Below, piece after piece: positions 9,164-18,600 of a stretch of 64,000 nucleotides of DNA. The notes below the pieces were generated by a model. It did no database searches and was not told the origin of the DNA. It saw nothing but the letters and a program-made list of their open reading frames with translations. The position numbers were made by a program, and so were the translations under genes. This DNA comes from Candidatus Bathyarchaeota archaeon (GTDB taxonomy: Archaea > Thermoproteota > Bathyarchaeia > Bathyarchaeales > DTEX01). The DNA lies in contig JANXEA010000010.1 in the NCBI GenBank assembly GCA_025059045.1, positions 53,324 to 117,323 on the forward strand. The letters run 5' to 3'. Every line of letters starts with the position of its first letter. Position 1 is the stretch's first letter.

Positions 9164-10420
9164 ATGACTTCGAAGAAGGATGAGGCTGCTAGGCCCGGAT
9201 TATCAAGGTCGAAATATATATTCGCCTCTATTATGATAAATTTATGCCTCGGAGCGGTTTATGCCTTCAGCATACTAGTTCCACCGCTTGAAGCTGAGTT
9301 TGGATGGAAGAGAATAGAGACTTCTCCCGCCTTTACCATAGCACTGCTAACCTTTGCTCTCTCTATGGTTCCGGCCGGGAAACTCCTAGATCGGAAGGGT
9401 CCAAGATTCGTGGCGACTGTTGGGGGTGTTCTACTCGGACTTGGTATGATCCTCTCTAGCTATACGGATTCACTTACATGGCTTTACTTGTCATACGGGT
9501 TTATAGTTGGGCTTGGTATAGGCTTCGCCTACGGCGCGCCCATCGCAACATGCAATAAATGGTTCCCTGATAAGAAGGGGTTAGCAACGGGGCTTGTTGT
9601 CTTCGGCTTCGGCGGCGGCTCCATAATATTTGCGCCATTATGGACCTCACTCATTGAATCCTTTGGATGGAGATACACTTTCACATTGACGGGAATACTT
9701 TTCACTGTTCTAACTGTCAGCCCAGCCCAGATTCTCAGGAACCCGCCGGAAGATTATAGACCAGGCGCCAAAGCTTTGGCTTCAGCATCTAAAGCGAAGA
9801 GGGATCTGAAACCTACCGAGATGATTCAAACATCAAAATTCTATCTTCTCTGGATCAGCTACCTATTCGGTACAACGGCAGGTCTGATGATAATTGGGCA
9901 AGCTAAGATGATGGCTATGGAACTTGCGAACATCGACAGCCTGCAAGCCTCATTCGCCGTCTCGATCCTAGGAGGCTTCAACGCGCTTGGCAGAATAATG
10001 TGGGGGTACATTGGAGACAAAGCTGGAAGGGAGACAACATTATCCGCCACTTTCCTCACCTGCACAGTCTCACTCTTATTAATCAGCACCATATTTGAGC
10101 CGGCAATATTCATCGCTGGTCTCTGCCTGATAGGCCTATGCTTCGGAGGCTTCCTTGCCCTCTACCCATCATTAACCTCAGACCACTATGGAAGCAGAAA
10201 CATGGGAATAAACTATGGGTTGCTCTTCACCGCTTATGGAGGCGGAAGCATCCTGGGACCGACACTAGCAAGTTACACAAGAACATACAATGGGTCATAC
10301 CTCCCAGCTCTGTATGCCTCAGCATTCTTAGCCCTCCTCGGAACAATCTTGGCATTAGTCCTCAAGATGAGAATCAAGACCGAACTGGATAAAAAATCCC
10401 AAGAGGATCGCCAAACTTAA
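9164..10420 (+). CDS. MFS transporter (oxalate/formate antiporter-like)
   Basis: 418 aa with about 12 hydrophobic segments and an MFS loop motif GKLLDRKGPR. Confidence 0.8.
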   Translation: MTSKKDEAARPGLSRSKYIFASIMINLCLGAVYAFSILVPPLEAEFGWKRIETSPAFTIALLTFALSMVPAGKLLDRKGPRFVATVGGVLLGLGMILSSYTDSLTWLYLSYGFIVGLGIGFAYGAPIATCNKWFPDKKGLATGLVVFGFGGGSIIFAPLWTSLIESFGWRYTFTLTGILFTVLTVSPAQILRNPPEDYRPGAKALASASKAKRDLKPTEMIQTSKFYLLWISYLFGTTAGLMIIGQAKMMAMELANIDSLQASFAVSILGGFNALGRIMWGYIGDKAGRETTLSATFLTCTVSLLLISTIFEPAIFIAGLCLIGLCFGGFLALYPSLTSDHYGSRNMGINYGLLFTAYGGGSILGPTLASYTRTYNGSYLPALYASAFLALLGTILALVLKMRIKTELDKKSQEDRQT

Positions 10421-10433
10421 ATCATTCCAAGCG

Positions 10434-10441
10434 TTAATAGA
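10434..10441 (+). promoter_or_regulatory. TATA-like box upstream of tRNA
   Basis: TTAATAGA centred about 25 nt upstream of tRNA position 1 (10463), the usual archaeal TATA spacing. Confidence 0.3.
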
Positions 10442-10471
10442 ATGAGGCTCGCTGGGAACAACGGGCCCGTG

Positions 10472-10501
10472 AAACGCGGCATAAATTGCCCCGTTCGGGA
10501 C
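10472..10501 (+). other. tRNA intron 1 (30 nt, between tRNA positions 9 and 10)
   Basis: BHB-like fold with a 4-bp helix CCCG (10466-69)/CGGG (10496-99) and a 3-nt bulge TGA (10470-72). The inner helix pairs 10473-81 with 10487-95 (one C.C mismatch), and the second bulge is ACG (10500-02). Cutting 2 nt into each bulge joins G9 to a canonical D stem. Confidence 0.6.
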
Positions 10502-10531
10502 GCGTAGCCAGGACAGCGCGTCGGCCCTCTA

Positions 10532-10552
10532 AAGCCCTCACGGCTAAAGGAG
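10532..10552 (+). other. tRNA intron 2 (about 21 nt in the anticodon loop, boundaries uncertain)
   Basis: There are 28 nt between the anticodon-stem strands where 7 are expected. An inner hairpin AGCC-CTCAC-GGCT is flanked by A-rich bulges. Two competing registers are described in the findings. Confidence 0.45.
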
Positions 10553-10903
10553 AGCCGAAGATCCTGGGTTCAATTCCCAGCGGGCCCGCCACTTTAAGCT
10601 TAAATTCGTCTAGTCGAACTGTAAGTATTACTGTAGTTTTCCCGGAAGAGCCTGAAATCATTTGAACAATAAAAGATCTTTAAAGATGATCTTCTTTTCG
10701 GTCACCTCTCCCCAAAAGATAATCCGGAAAAATTTTGACAAAGTCTTAAATAATTACGACTCGGTAATTTCTGTGACAAAAATAGAAATCCAAAAAAGTC
10801 AAGGCAGTAGCTATGGATAAGCCTGAAATATCCTGGACGCTATTGGGTGAGTCTAATTTAAGATTTCCTGGAATAGATTATGTGCCGTTAAAGTTCTCAA
10901 GGG

Positions 10904-11710
10904 TTGTCGTGCATGGTTAAGGTTAGAAGGGGAATCGCTTTAGCAGTGTTGATAGTGTCGGTTCTCCCATTAGCTCTTATATATGGAATGCTCGCGTTCC
11001 AGGCTGAGCCTCCATTTGTCTGGAAGAATCTCACCATCGTCGAGAAGAATATGTTTATGATTACGCTTGACTCAAGCCCGGGCATCTTCATACCGCAAAG
11101 AATATTGTCGTCATCTGCTGGTGTCGAAAGGAGCCTATACTTATACGTTGGTCTCGGATGCATAACTTTTGAGGATCAGACGGAAAACTACGTCTTCCTA
11201 TACTTAACTGCAACATTAAGAGATTTCCGAATTGGATTGAAATCCTTGGTGAACAGGTATCTTCTCGCCTATATTAGCAATAGTAGTTTAATTGACGGTG
11301 TGATGGGAAGATATGGTTTACCGCACACCTATGCTAGAGCCTACTTTTTTCAGACAGTTCAAGGGTCCGCAAATAAAACTTATCTGCGGTTTGAGTTGCC
11401 TAACGGAGACTCGCTGGCCGAGTTTTCAGCTATTATAACTGGAAGCATAGAATTTCGGAGCGGCACATTAGACGAATGCTTCTATCATCTGAACGGAAAC
11501 AATTTGACCGCGATAAGGTTAACGGGCAACTATACGGACATTAGGCTCCAGGCTTTTAATGTGAGCTCCGCACACGCAAATGTGACCTTCTCTGAAAAGA
11601 CCCTGATGTGGAATTACATTGGAACCTCTCTAGCTATTAGAAGGTCGCTCTCGGCAATTTATGCTGAAAGGAGATTTGAGGGAAAGATTGGTTGGATGGA
11701 CTGGAGGTAG
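10904..11710 (+). CDS. membrane-anchored extracytoplasmic protein, unknown function
   Basis: N-terminal hydrophobic anchor GIALAVLIVSVLPLALIYGMLAF. The remainder is beta-rich with several N-x-S/T sequons. Alternative ATG start at 10913. Confidence 0.6.
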   Translation: MSCMVKVRRGIALAVLIVSVLPLALIYGMLAFQAEPPFVWKNLTIVEKNMFMITLDSSPGIFIPQRILSSSAGVERSLYLYVGLGCITFEDQTENYVFLYLTATLRDFRIGLKSLVNRYLLAYISNSSLIDGVMGRYGLPHTYARAYFFQTVQGSANKTYLRFELPNGDSLAEFSAIITGSIEFRSGTLDECFYHLNGNNLTAIRLTGNYTDIRLQAFNVSSAHANVTFSEKTLMWNYIGTSLAIRRSLSAIYAERRFEGKIGWMDWR

Positions 11711-11724
11711 GGGGATGTACTATA

Positions 11725-14703
11725 ATGCTGGGCTTAAGATTCTTGGCTAAGACTGTCCTCGTATTGTTATCTCTCCTAATCTGCCTTAATTTCATACCAC
11801 TGTCCACGCAAGCTGATGGGTCAGACATGGTAAATGTTCGAGGAGTAGTTTTAGATGATGAGACGGGTTGTCCTCTGCCTGGGGCTCAGGTAATATTTTG
11901 GAGTATAGATAAAGGCGCATTAACGGTAACAACCGATCTGAATGGTTATTTTTTCCTTCAGGCAATGCCCAAGGGCTTTTACACAATCTATTGCTACTGT
12001 GACCGCAAGGACACGCCTGGAATAGATTATGTCCCTTTCCGGCAACATGTTCATCTCACAGAGGATATGGAATTATCATTTAATCTTCTACCAGGAGCCT
12101 CAGTGAGGGTAGAAGGCGAGTTCAGGCCATTTGAGTCGATGCAGATCATTAGGACGATCGTCTTTCATGTCGACGGCATCCCTGAAGATAAGCGTGCACT
12201 ATCAAGTTATGGGTCGGCTTATGCCGCAAATCAGATACTTAGGTTAGACGGCAGATCAGTCATAGTTCCCTCCAACATGCCAGTAAAGGTTAATGTCGAG
12301 ATATATCTTGTAGACGGGTCTGTGAGGAGGGTACTCATAGACTCCTCAGCGGAGAATATCTCGGTGTCTCAGGGCGGGCTCCTAAGGCTCGACCTCAGAA
12401 ACCTATATTTGAAGTCGGAAGTGCAGTCAGGCTCCCTCTATCGCTATTTGGAAATGGTGAGAGAGTACCTAGAAGAGAACAAGAAACTTGGGTTCTTTGT
12501 TTTTTATGAGGAGACACGGTTGACGCACGGGGAGAAACTTATTGAGGCGGCAACGGCCCATCTTGCCGAAGGCGATTATGATGCAGTCTACGCAGACCTA
12601 AGGGAATCTTACCTCATAATAATGGATGTAGCGAATTCTCTGTTGAGTATGCGATCTAACGCTTCAGCCACTGTATACTTCATCACGCCATTCCTAGCTT
12701 CAACAGCCCTTGCGTTTTCATTCGTCATCTTCGACGAGAGACACCGCCAACTGCTGGTTAGCATCTCCTTATACATCCTACTTCTCATCCTATTATACCA
12801 TTTGTATCCCGGCTACAGCATATTCCAAAGTAGCACAATAATGCCTTGGTATGGCGCTCATTCGGGAAGCGGATCCATCGTCATATTGACCGTTTCGTCT
12901 TTCCTCGCATCATACCTCATTATATTTATTCTACCAAGATTCTTCAGCAAAGCGAAATCGGACTGGGGGATCTCTATCATAGGAGCATTATCCGCAGCGT
13001 TCTCGATATCTGCCCGCAACCTGAGACGAAGAAAGCTAAGGGCGGCTCTAACATCCATCTTCCTGTTCACAGCAGTCTTCGCATTTGTTACACTCACATC
13101 CTTCTCATATGAGAGTGGCCTAGCGTCGATCTATATGTTCGGAAGGATTGCCCCGCCATATGACGGTGTCATTGTGCGGAAGCCGACTGAGGATGAACTA
13201 AGACCCTACGATTCAATCGAAACCGCTGTCACACTGTGGCTTAAAGGGCGGAGAGGAGTGACAGTTGTGGCCCCGAAAGTTGAGAGTGTGCCCCAAATGT
13301 ACAGGATCGGCTACCTAGAGAATGAAGAGTTAGGTTTGACATTTGAGGTCCAAGGGCTGGTGGGGATATTCCCGAGGTTAGAGGAAAATGTAAGCGAGGT
13401 TAAGAGTTGCCTTCTAAATGGCAGATTTCTTGGAGACGACGACTTAACTGGCATTCTGATAAGTGCTGAAGCATCAAAGGCGCTTAAGGTTGGGGTGAAT
13501 GAAACTGTGAAGGCGCTGGGCCAAAGATTCATCGTCGTCGGAGTCTTTGATGGAAGAGCTCTAGAAGGCGTCCGAGAGATGGATGGAACAAGCTTCGTCC
13601 CAATCTATCTTGTCAGCGCAGGAATGGATATCGTTCCAGCTGAATGCTCAGGCGGGAAGGTAATAATAGTACATGCAAACGCGGCATCGAAACTGACTCA
13701 GACAGTGACCTCGAGAGTCGCGGTTAGGTCGACACAGAGCCTTGAAGAACTGGCAAGGCTGACAGTGTTAAACTGGCCTAACATCGAATGTTTCATCTGC
13801 ATCGGCGGTAAAATAACCCGCATGTATATAGGCTCATACTATAAAACTAGCGGCTTCGCTCCCTTAGCCGTGCCGCTCATCATGGTCGTCTTAAACGTCG
13901 GATTAGTTGTGCTTGCTTCAGTATATGAACGAAGAAGAGAGGTTTCAATACTTTCGACGGTAGGATTAAACCCATTCCAGATAACCGCTGTCTTCCTAGC
14001 CGAAGCAGTCGTCATCGGCATAATAGCGGGGAGCATAGGATATATTCTAGGAGTTTCGAGCTACCGCTTCCTCGCCCTCTTGGGTTTCCCCCTAGACGTC
14101 AAGATAAAAACAGAGGCCATATGGTGCATACTGGCCTTCTGCTTCTCGATAGGCGCAGCTGTTCTCGGGGCAGCTGTACCGGCTAACAGGGCCTCAACAG
14201 TTGTTACACCCTCAACGCTGAAGAAGTGGCGAATAGAGAGGGAGCCTAAAAACCCGGATGATCCCTGGATTCTCAACATCCCCCTCCGCGTCCCGCCGAA
14301 AAGCATGAATGACCTCTTCGAATTCATCCAGGAGAGGCTTCGAAGATATGCTGACGGGCAGATAGACCGCATAGATGTTAGGGATGCCTTGTGGCGAGGG
14401 GTCAAAAAAGCTGACCCTAAAACCGCTGAAGAAAATACTAGCTATATAAAGTTTATGCACATTCAGAAAGAAAAGAACATGGTCACAACCAATACATTAC
14501 TATTCACGGAAACAGGTGAGCAGGGCTCTTATGGGCTACTCTTAATATCTAAAACACGGGAGGGAACAAGCAGACAGAAGGGAAGATACTTCGTTCATCA
14601 GACAGCCTCATTAATCCGCCGCTTAATACTAGAATACACGGCGGAGAGAGCACATTCGGAAAATCTTCAAAAGAAAGCACGCAAAGATATGCATAGCCAA
14701 TAA
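11725..14703 (+). CDS. giant FtsX/MacB-type ABC permease-like protein with N-terminal CarboxypepD_reg-like domain and C-terminal cytoplasmic extension
   Basis: Signal/anchor MLGLRFLAKTVLVLLSLL, then a VRGVVLDDETGCPLPGAQV...TDLNGYFFL...GFYTI beta-sandwich. MacB-type TM1 ARNLRRRKLRAALTSIFLF is followed by a large loop and an FtsX core ERRREVSILSTVGLNPFQITAVFLAEAVVIGIIAGSIGYILG. The ORF opens at 11692, but the ATG at 11725 follows a GGAGG-like site. Confidence 0.8.
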   Translation: MLGLRFLAKTVLVLLSLLICLNFIPLSTQADGSDMVNVRGVVLDDETGCPLPGAQVIFWSIDKGALTVTTDLNGYFFLQAMPKGFYTIYCYCDRKDTPGIDYVPFRQHVHLTEDMELSFNLLPGASVRVEGEFRPFESMQIIRTIVFHVDGIPEDKRALSSYGSAYAANQILRLDGRSVIVPSNMPVKVNVEIYLVDGSVRRVLIDSSAENISVSQGGLLRLDLRNLYLKSEVQSGSLYRYLEMVREYLEENKKLGFFVFYEETRLTHGEKLIEAATAHLAEGDYDAVYADLRESYLIIMDVANSLLSMRSNASATVYFITPFLASTALAFSFVIFDERHRQLLVSISLYILLLILLYHLYPGYSIFQSSTIMPWYGAHSGSGSIVILTVSSFLASYLIIFILPRFFSKAKSDWGISIIGALSAAFSISARNLRRRKLRAALTSIFLFTAVFAFVTLTSFSYESGLASIYMFGRIAPPYDGVIVRKPTEDELRPYDSIETAVTLWLKGRRGVTVVAPKVESVPQMYRIGYLENEELGLTFEVQGLVGIFPRLEENVSEVKSCLLNGRFLGDDDLTGILISAEASKALKVGVNETVKALGQRFIVVGVFDGRALEGVREMDGTSFVPIYLVSAGMDIVPAECSGGKVIIVHANAASKLTQTVTSRVAVRSTQSLEELARLTVLNWPNIECFICIGGKITRMYIGSYYKTSGFAPLAVPLIMVVLNVGLVVLASVYERRREVSILSTVGLNPFQITAVFLAEAVVIGIIAGSIGYILGVSSYRFLALLGFPLDVKIKTEAIWCILAFCFSIGAAVLGAAVPANRASTVVTPSTLKKWRIEREPKNPDDPWILNIPLRVPPKSMNDLFEFIQERLRRYADGQIDRIDVRDALWRGVKKADPKTAEENTSYIKFMHIQKEKNMVTTNTLLFTETGEQGSYGLLLISKTREGTSRQKGRYFVHQTASLIRRLILEYTAERAHSENLQKKARKDMHSQ

Positions 14704-14779
14704 TAACTGGAAAAGAATGGGATAGCATTTATATCGAAGTGTATCCTCAAAAAGGGACATCGCAAACGAGGTATATGGA

Positions 14780-14965
14780 ATGAGTAGCATGAAAAAATCC
14801 ACAATGCCCATTTGTACCTCATGCAATAGAGTTATAGGCCCAGGCGTCGGAGCAAATAAGTTTCTATGCCCCAACTGTGGAGAGATAACGATATGGCGAT
14901 GCACAAAATGTCGAAGCTTCAGACGCACCTACAGATGCCCTGGCTGCGGTTTCCAGGGACCGTGA
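14780..14965 (+). CDS. small double zinc-ribbon protein (COG2888-like, archaeal Zn-ribbon RNA-binding protein)
   Basis: 61 aa with four CxxC pairs: CTSC...CPNC...CTKC...CPGC. Confidence 0.7.
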   Translation: MSSMKKSTMPICTSCNRVIGPGVGANKFLCPNCGEITIWRCTKCRSFRRTYRCPGCGFQGP

Positions 14966-15034
14966 AGGCGGCGGCTTTCATCCTTCAGAATCATCCATAC
15001 TCATAAAGTAAACATGTTTTAAAATTGTGTATAA

Positions 15035-15217
15035 TTACTTTGAGAGCTTAGCGCAGATTGCTTGGAGACTATCCACAATCTTATCCAATGCTGAGGCCAA
15101 ATTTTCTATCCTTCCAATTAGGTTGTCCAGGTTCTTCTCATGCTCGCGAAGGGTAGATATAAGCAGATCTAAATAATAGATCTTTCCTTCATCTTCAGGC
15201 TCTAATCGACGTCTCAT
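15035..15217 (-). CDS. small coiled-coil protein (60 aa), hypothetical
   Basis: ATG ORF with heptad-like sequence and no motif. Could be spurious. Confidence 0.3.
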   Translation of the reverse strand: MRRRLEPEDEGKIYYLDLLISTLREHEKNLDNLIGRIENLASALDKIVDSLQAICAKLSK

Positions 15218-15441
15218 TTTGGATTCTTTTCCGAATCACATTAGAATCATGATGATAAATACTCCGCCGCAATGGAGCCCGGAAATAATCATGTAATTTC
15301 TAAAGCAGGTTATAAACTTATCGTTTTTCCGCTCATTTGTGACATCCAGACGTATTCTGGTGAAGATCGAGCAGGAAAACTGCAAATCATCGATTCTTTT
15401 GATTGATGTTTAATGGTTGAGCGAGGAAAATACGTTTCACC

Positions 15442-15466
15442 TATTCTCAAGTTTAACTTGAGAATA
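15442..15466. repeat. perfect palindrome (11-bp arms, 3-nt spacer)
   Basis: TATTCTCAAGT-TTA-ACTTGAGAATA, about 200 nt upstream of the histidine kinase start. Confidence 0.7.
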
Positions 15467-15666
15467 AGTTCACTTATTTGGAATCTACAATTCAGATTCA
15501 TTCACCTTATATAAGCGTAGCCGCAACCGATCTATCGCAAGAAACGAGTTCAGTTCGCATCAATTGTAACAAGCCCTAGAGTTTCCACATATATGTAGAA
15601 TTTCCGAAGTGTGAGTTGGGAGGTGCCTAAGCGCTGGGGAGAAATCCGCTGACCATCCAGGACCGT

Positions 15667-18600
15667 TTGAATATGGGTGCATTAAGCCGTAGAAGAAGGG
15701 GTACTGAGGTTGAGGCAGGCTTATCTCGCGTCCTATACTCCATTTTCAACAGCGTTCCTGATATTATTTACATCAAAAATGCGAAGAGAAGATATGTGAA
15801 ATGTAATGAATCGTTTAAGAAGCTTGTAGGTTTAAATGAGGAGGATATTATAGGTAAGACCGATGAGGAACTTTTGCCTCCAGAGCTGGCAGAGCAATGC
15901 CGCAGGAGCGATATAGAGACCCTGAAGACCGGGAAGACCGTTAAGGCGATTGAAAAGTTATCTGGACCGGACGGAGAAATCATCTTTGAGACAATAAAAG
16001 TTCCTTTCTACGGTCGAGACGGTAGAGTCTTAGGGTTGGTAGGGATAAGCCGAGACATAACGGAGAAGGAAGTTTTTAAAGAGAGGCTTGAATATACAAA
16101 TAGAATTCTCCGCGGCCTATATGAATGCGCTTCAAATTTGATCATGGTTGAAAGTCCCGAGGATATTGGAAAGTGTATATTTGATGCCGTTGGATCCTGC
16201 CTAGAATTCAACCTAGGATGCTTCGGAGTAGTCGACAGAGATCAACTCCAATTCGTATACGTTGTCGGGGCGCCAATAGAAGATGTTAGATCACGGTATG
16301 CCAGCGCGGATAATATTGCTGCGAGGGCTGTTAAGACAGGCCAGACTCAATATATATCATGCGTGAATGAGGCTTCCATACTTCCATTCCTGCCTTCCTC
16401 CCTATCTGCGGTCGCTGTTCCTGTTAAGCTTGAAGAGAAAGTAGTCGCTGTCATATACCTTGAAAGCAAGAGGGCAAATGGTTTCAAGCCATCCAGCATC
16501 CAGTTTCTAGAGGTTATAGCAAGAAACCTTAGCTACCGCATTGGGGATCTCGAAAGATTAGAGAGGGAGAGGCGTCTTCAAAGCATTTTGGAAAACGCGT
16601 CCGAAGTAATATACACCCTTTCCAATGAGGGGATAGTAACATCGCTTAACCCCTCCTTTGAGAAGATAACCGGCTGGTCCAGAGAGGAGTGGATCGGAAG
16701 ACCATTCTCCGAGATTATTCATCCTGAAGATCTGCCGCTTGCAATCGAGACTTTTGAACGAACTATCCGAGGAGAAGCCCTGTCTCCTTACTGTCTGAGA
16801 ATCCTGCTAAAATCAGGCGACTTTGCAGTCGGCGAGTTCACAAGCATGCCGCTGATAGATAAGGGGAAGATCGTCGGCGAGTTTGGCATCGTCAGAGACG
16901 TGACTGAAAGAAAAAGGTTGGAGGAAAGAATTGCTTATGAGAAGAGCCTTTTAGACGCCCTTATGGAGACCGGTCCAGACGCGATATATTTCAAGGACAG
17001 GAATTCACGTTTCATCATGATAAACAAGGCTGAAGCTGAACTTTTAGGGCTGAAGGACCCAAGTGAAGCCGTGGGAAAAACGGACTTTGACTACTTCTCG
17101 CATGAGCATGCGGCCATATCATTAAAAGATGAGCAAGAGATAATTAATGGGGTTAAGCCATATATCACTAGACTTGAGCGGGTCAAGAGGTCTGACGGGC
17201 AAATACGCTGGCTATTGTCCACTAAGGTTCCGCTTAGAGACAAGAATAATGAGATAATCGGCGTTATGGGGATAGCAAGGGATGTAACTGAACTGAAATT
17301 CTTGGAGGAGCAGCTCTCGCATGAGAGAAAGCTGATGCAAGCTCTGATGGACAACATGCCTGATTCAATATACTTCAAAGATGCAAATTCACGTTTCATT
17401 AAAGTGAACAAAGCCTTCGCGGCGAGGAGAGGCCTGCGTCCAGAAGATCTGATTGGAAAGACGGACTTCGACGTTCACAGCCCAGAATTCGCTAAGGAAG
17501 CCTATGAGGATGAGCAGAGGATCATAAAAACAGGTCAGCCCGTAATATCGAAGCTCGAGAAGATTGTTGACCGCAGTGGCACTATACGATGGGTTTCAGC
17601 GACCAAGGTGCCTTTGAAAGATGAAGCCGGCAGGATTGTTGGGGTTCTCGGCATATCAAGAGATGTGACAAGCCTCAAACATGCCGAAGAAATCCTAGCA
17701 TCGCTTCACAACTACGCTTACAGGTTAAGCACCGCCAATGAAATTGAGGAGGTTGCGAGAATTACACTGGAGGCCGTAGAGAAATTGCTTGGATGCAAGA
17801 TAGCTGGCTTCGCCTTGGTAGAGAATAACTGTGTGCGCTTCACCCATATGATAGGAGTAGATGCTCCTGAACCTGTCATGCTTCCACTTAATGGGGCTGG
17901 GATAACCGTGCGTGCAGTGCGTACGGGAGAAACACAGATAGTCCCCGACACATCTCTGGACAAAGATTTCGTAAAATCGGAGAAGTCTCAATTATCGCTC
18001 TCAGAGCTCGCGGTTCCGGTTAAGGTTGGAGACAAAGTTGAGGCTGTCATCAACTTAGAGAGCGTAGGAAAGAATGCCTTCAGTGAAAGAGATGTGAGGA
18101 TAGTTGAGATACTCGCTCTTCACGTCGGAGCAGCCATTGATAGGCTCAGATACTTGAAGAGGCTGGAGGAGGCTGTTCAGGAGAGGACAAAGGAGCTCCA
18201 AAAATATTTGGAGAGGCTCAAAAGCCTAGACAAGATCAAGGACCAGTTTATATCCACAGCAACCCATGAAATAAGAACACCTTTGGTCTCTATCAAGGGT
18301 TATACCGACCTACTCTTATCGGGAAAATTAGGCGAGATCCCTGAGAAGATTCGCTCGTTACTAACCATAGTTGCCAAGAATACGGATAGGCTTCTAGAAT
18401 TGACTAACGAGTTACTGGAGGCGCAAAGGATTCAGAGGGGACGGCTCCAGATAAACAAGAGGCTGATCGACTTTAGAGAAGTCATAGAGAGCAGCGTTGA
18501 AGAGTTTAAGCCATTGATGGAGAAAAAGGGTTTAACGCTAGAAGTGGCTAAACCAGATAAACCTATGCTTGTCCATGGTGACCCATTAAGATTGACGCAG

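Larger units (their letters stand above)
10463..10591 (+). tRNA. intron-containing tRNA with two inserts and encoded CCA. The most parsimonious anticodon is UCU (Arg), but the anticodon loop is irregular.
   Basis: Acceptor GGGCCCG (10463-69) pairs with CGGGCCC (10581-87), followed by G73 and CCA. D arm is GCGT-AGCCAGGACA-GCGC. Anticodon stem is TCGGC/GCCGA and variable loop AGATC. T arm is CTGGG-TTCAATT-CCCAG. Total length is 129 nt, against about 78 expected. Confidence 0.8.

Noticed and set aside
10521-10558. Identification of the tRNA as tRNA-Pyl, because the anticodon region contains CTCTAAA.
   Set aside because: The tRNA body is canonical (G18G19, TTCAATT T-loop, 5-nt variable loop, normal D loop), unlike tRNA-Pyl. 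The splice model needed for a clean CUA loop lacks a BHB. TAG is used as a stop codon by several genes in the window. It is kept only as an alternative register in the tRNA finding.
10434-10661. 75-aa minus-strand ORF in the ORF track.
   Set aside because: It lies entirely over the tRNA gene and its flanks, and the tRNA structure explains the sequence.
15249-15300. ATGATGA, a C-box-like heptamer suggesting a C/D box sRNA.
   Set aside because: No CTGA D or D' box at the right spacing on either strand, and no terminal stem.
15310-15501. 63-aa minus-strand ORF in the kinase upstream region.
   Set aside because: No motif, and it spans the palindrome. The composition looks non-coding.
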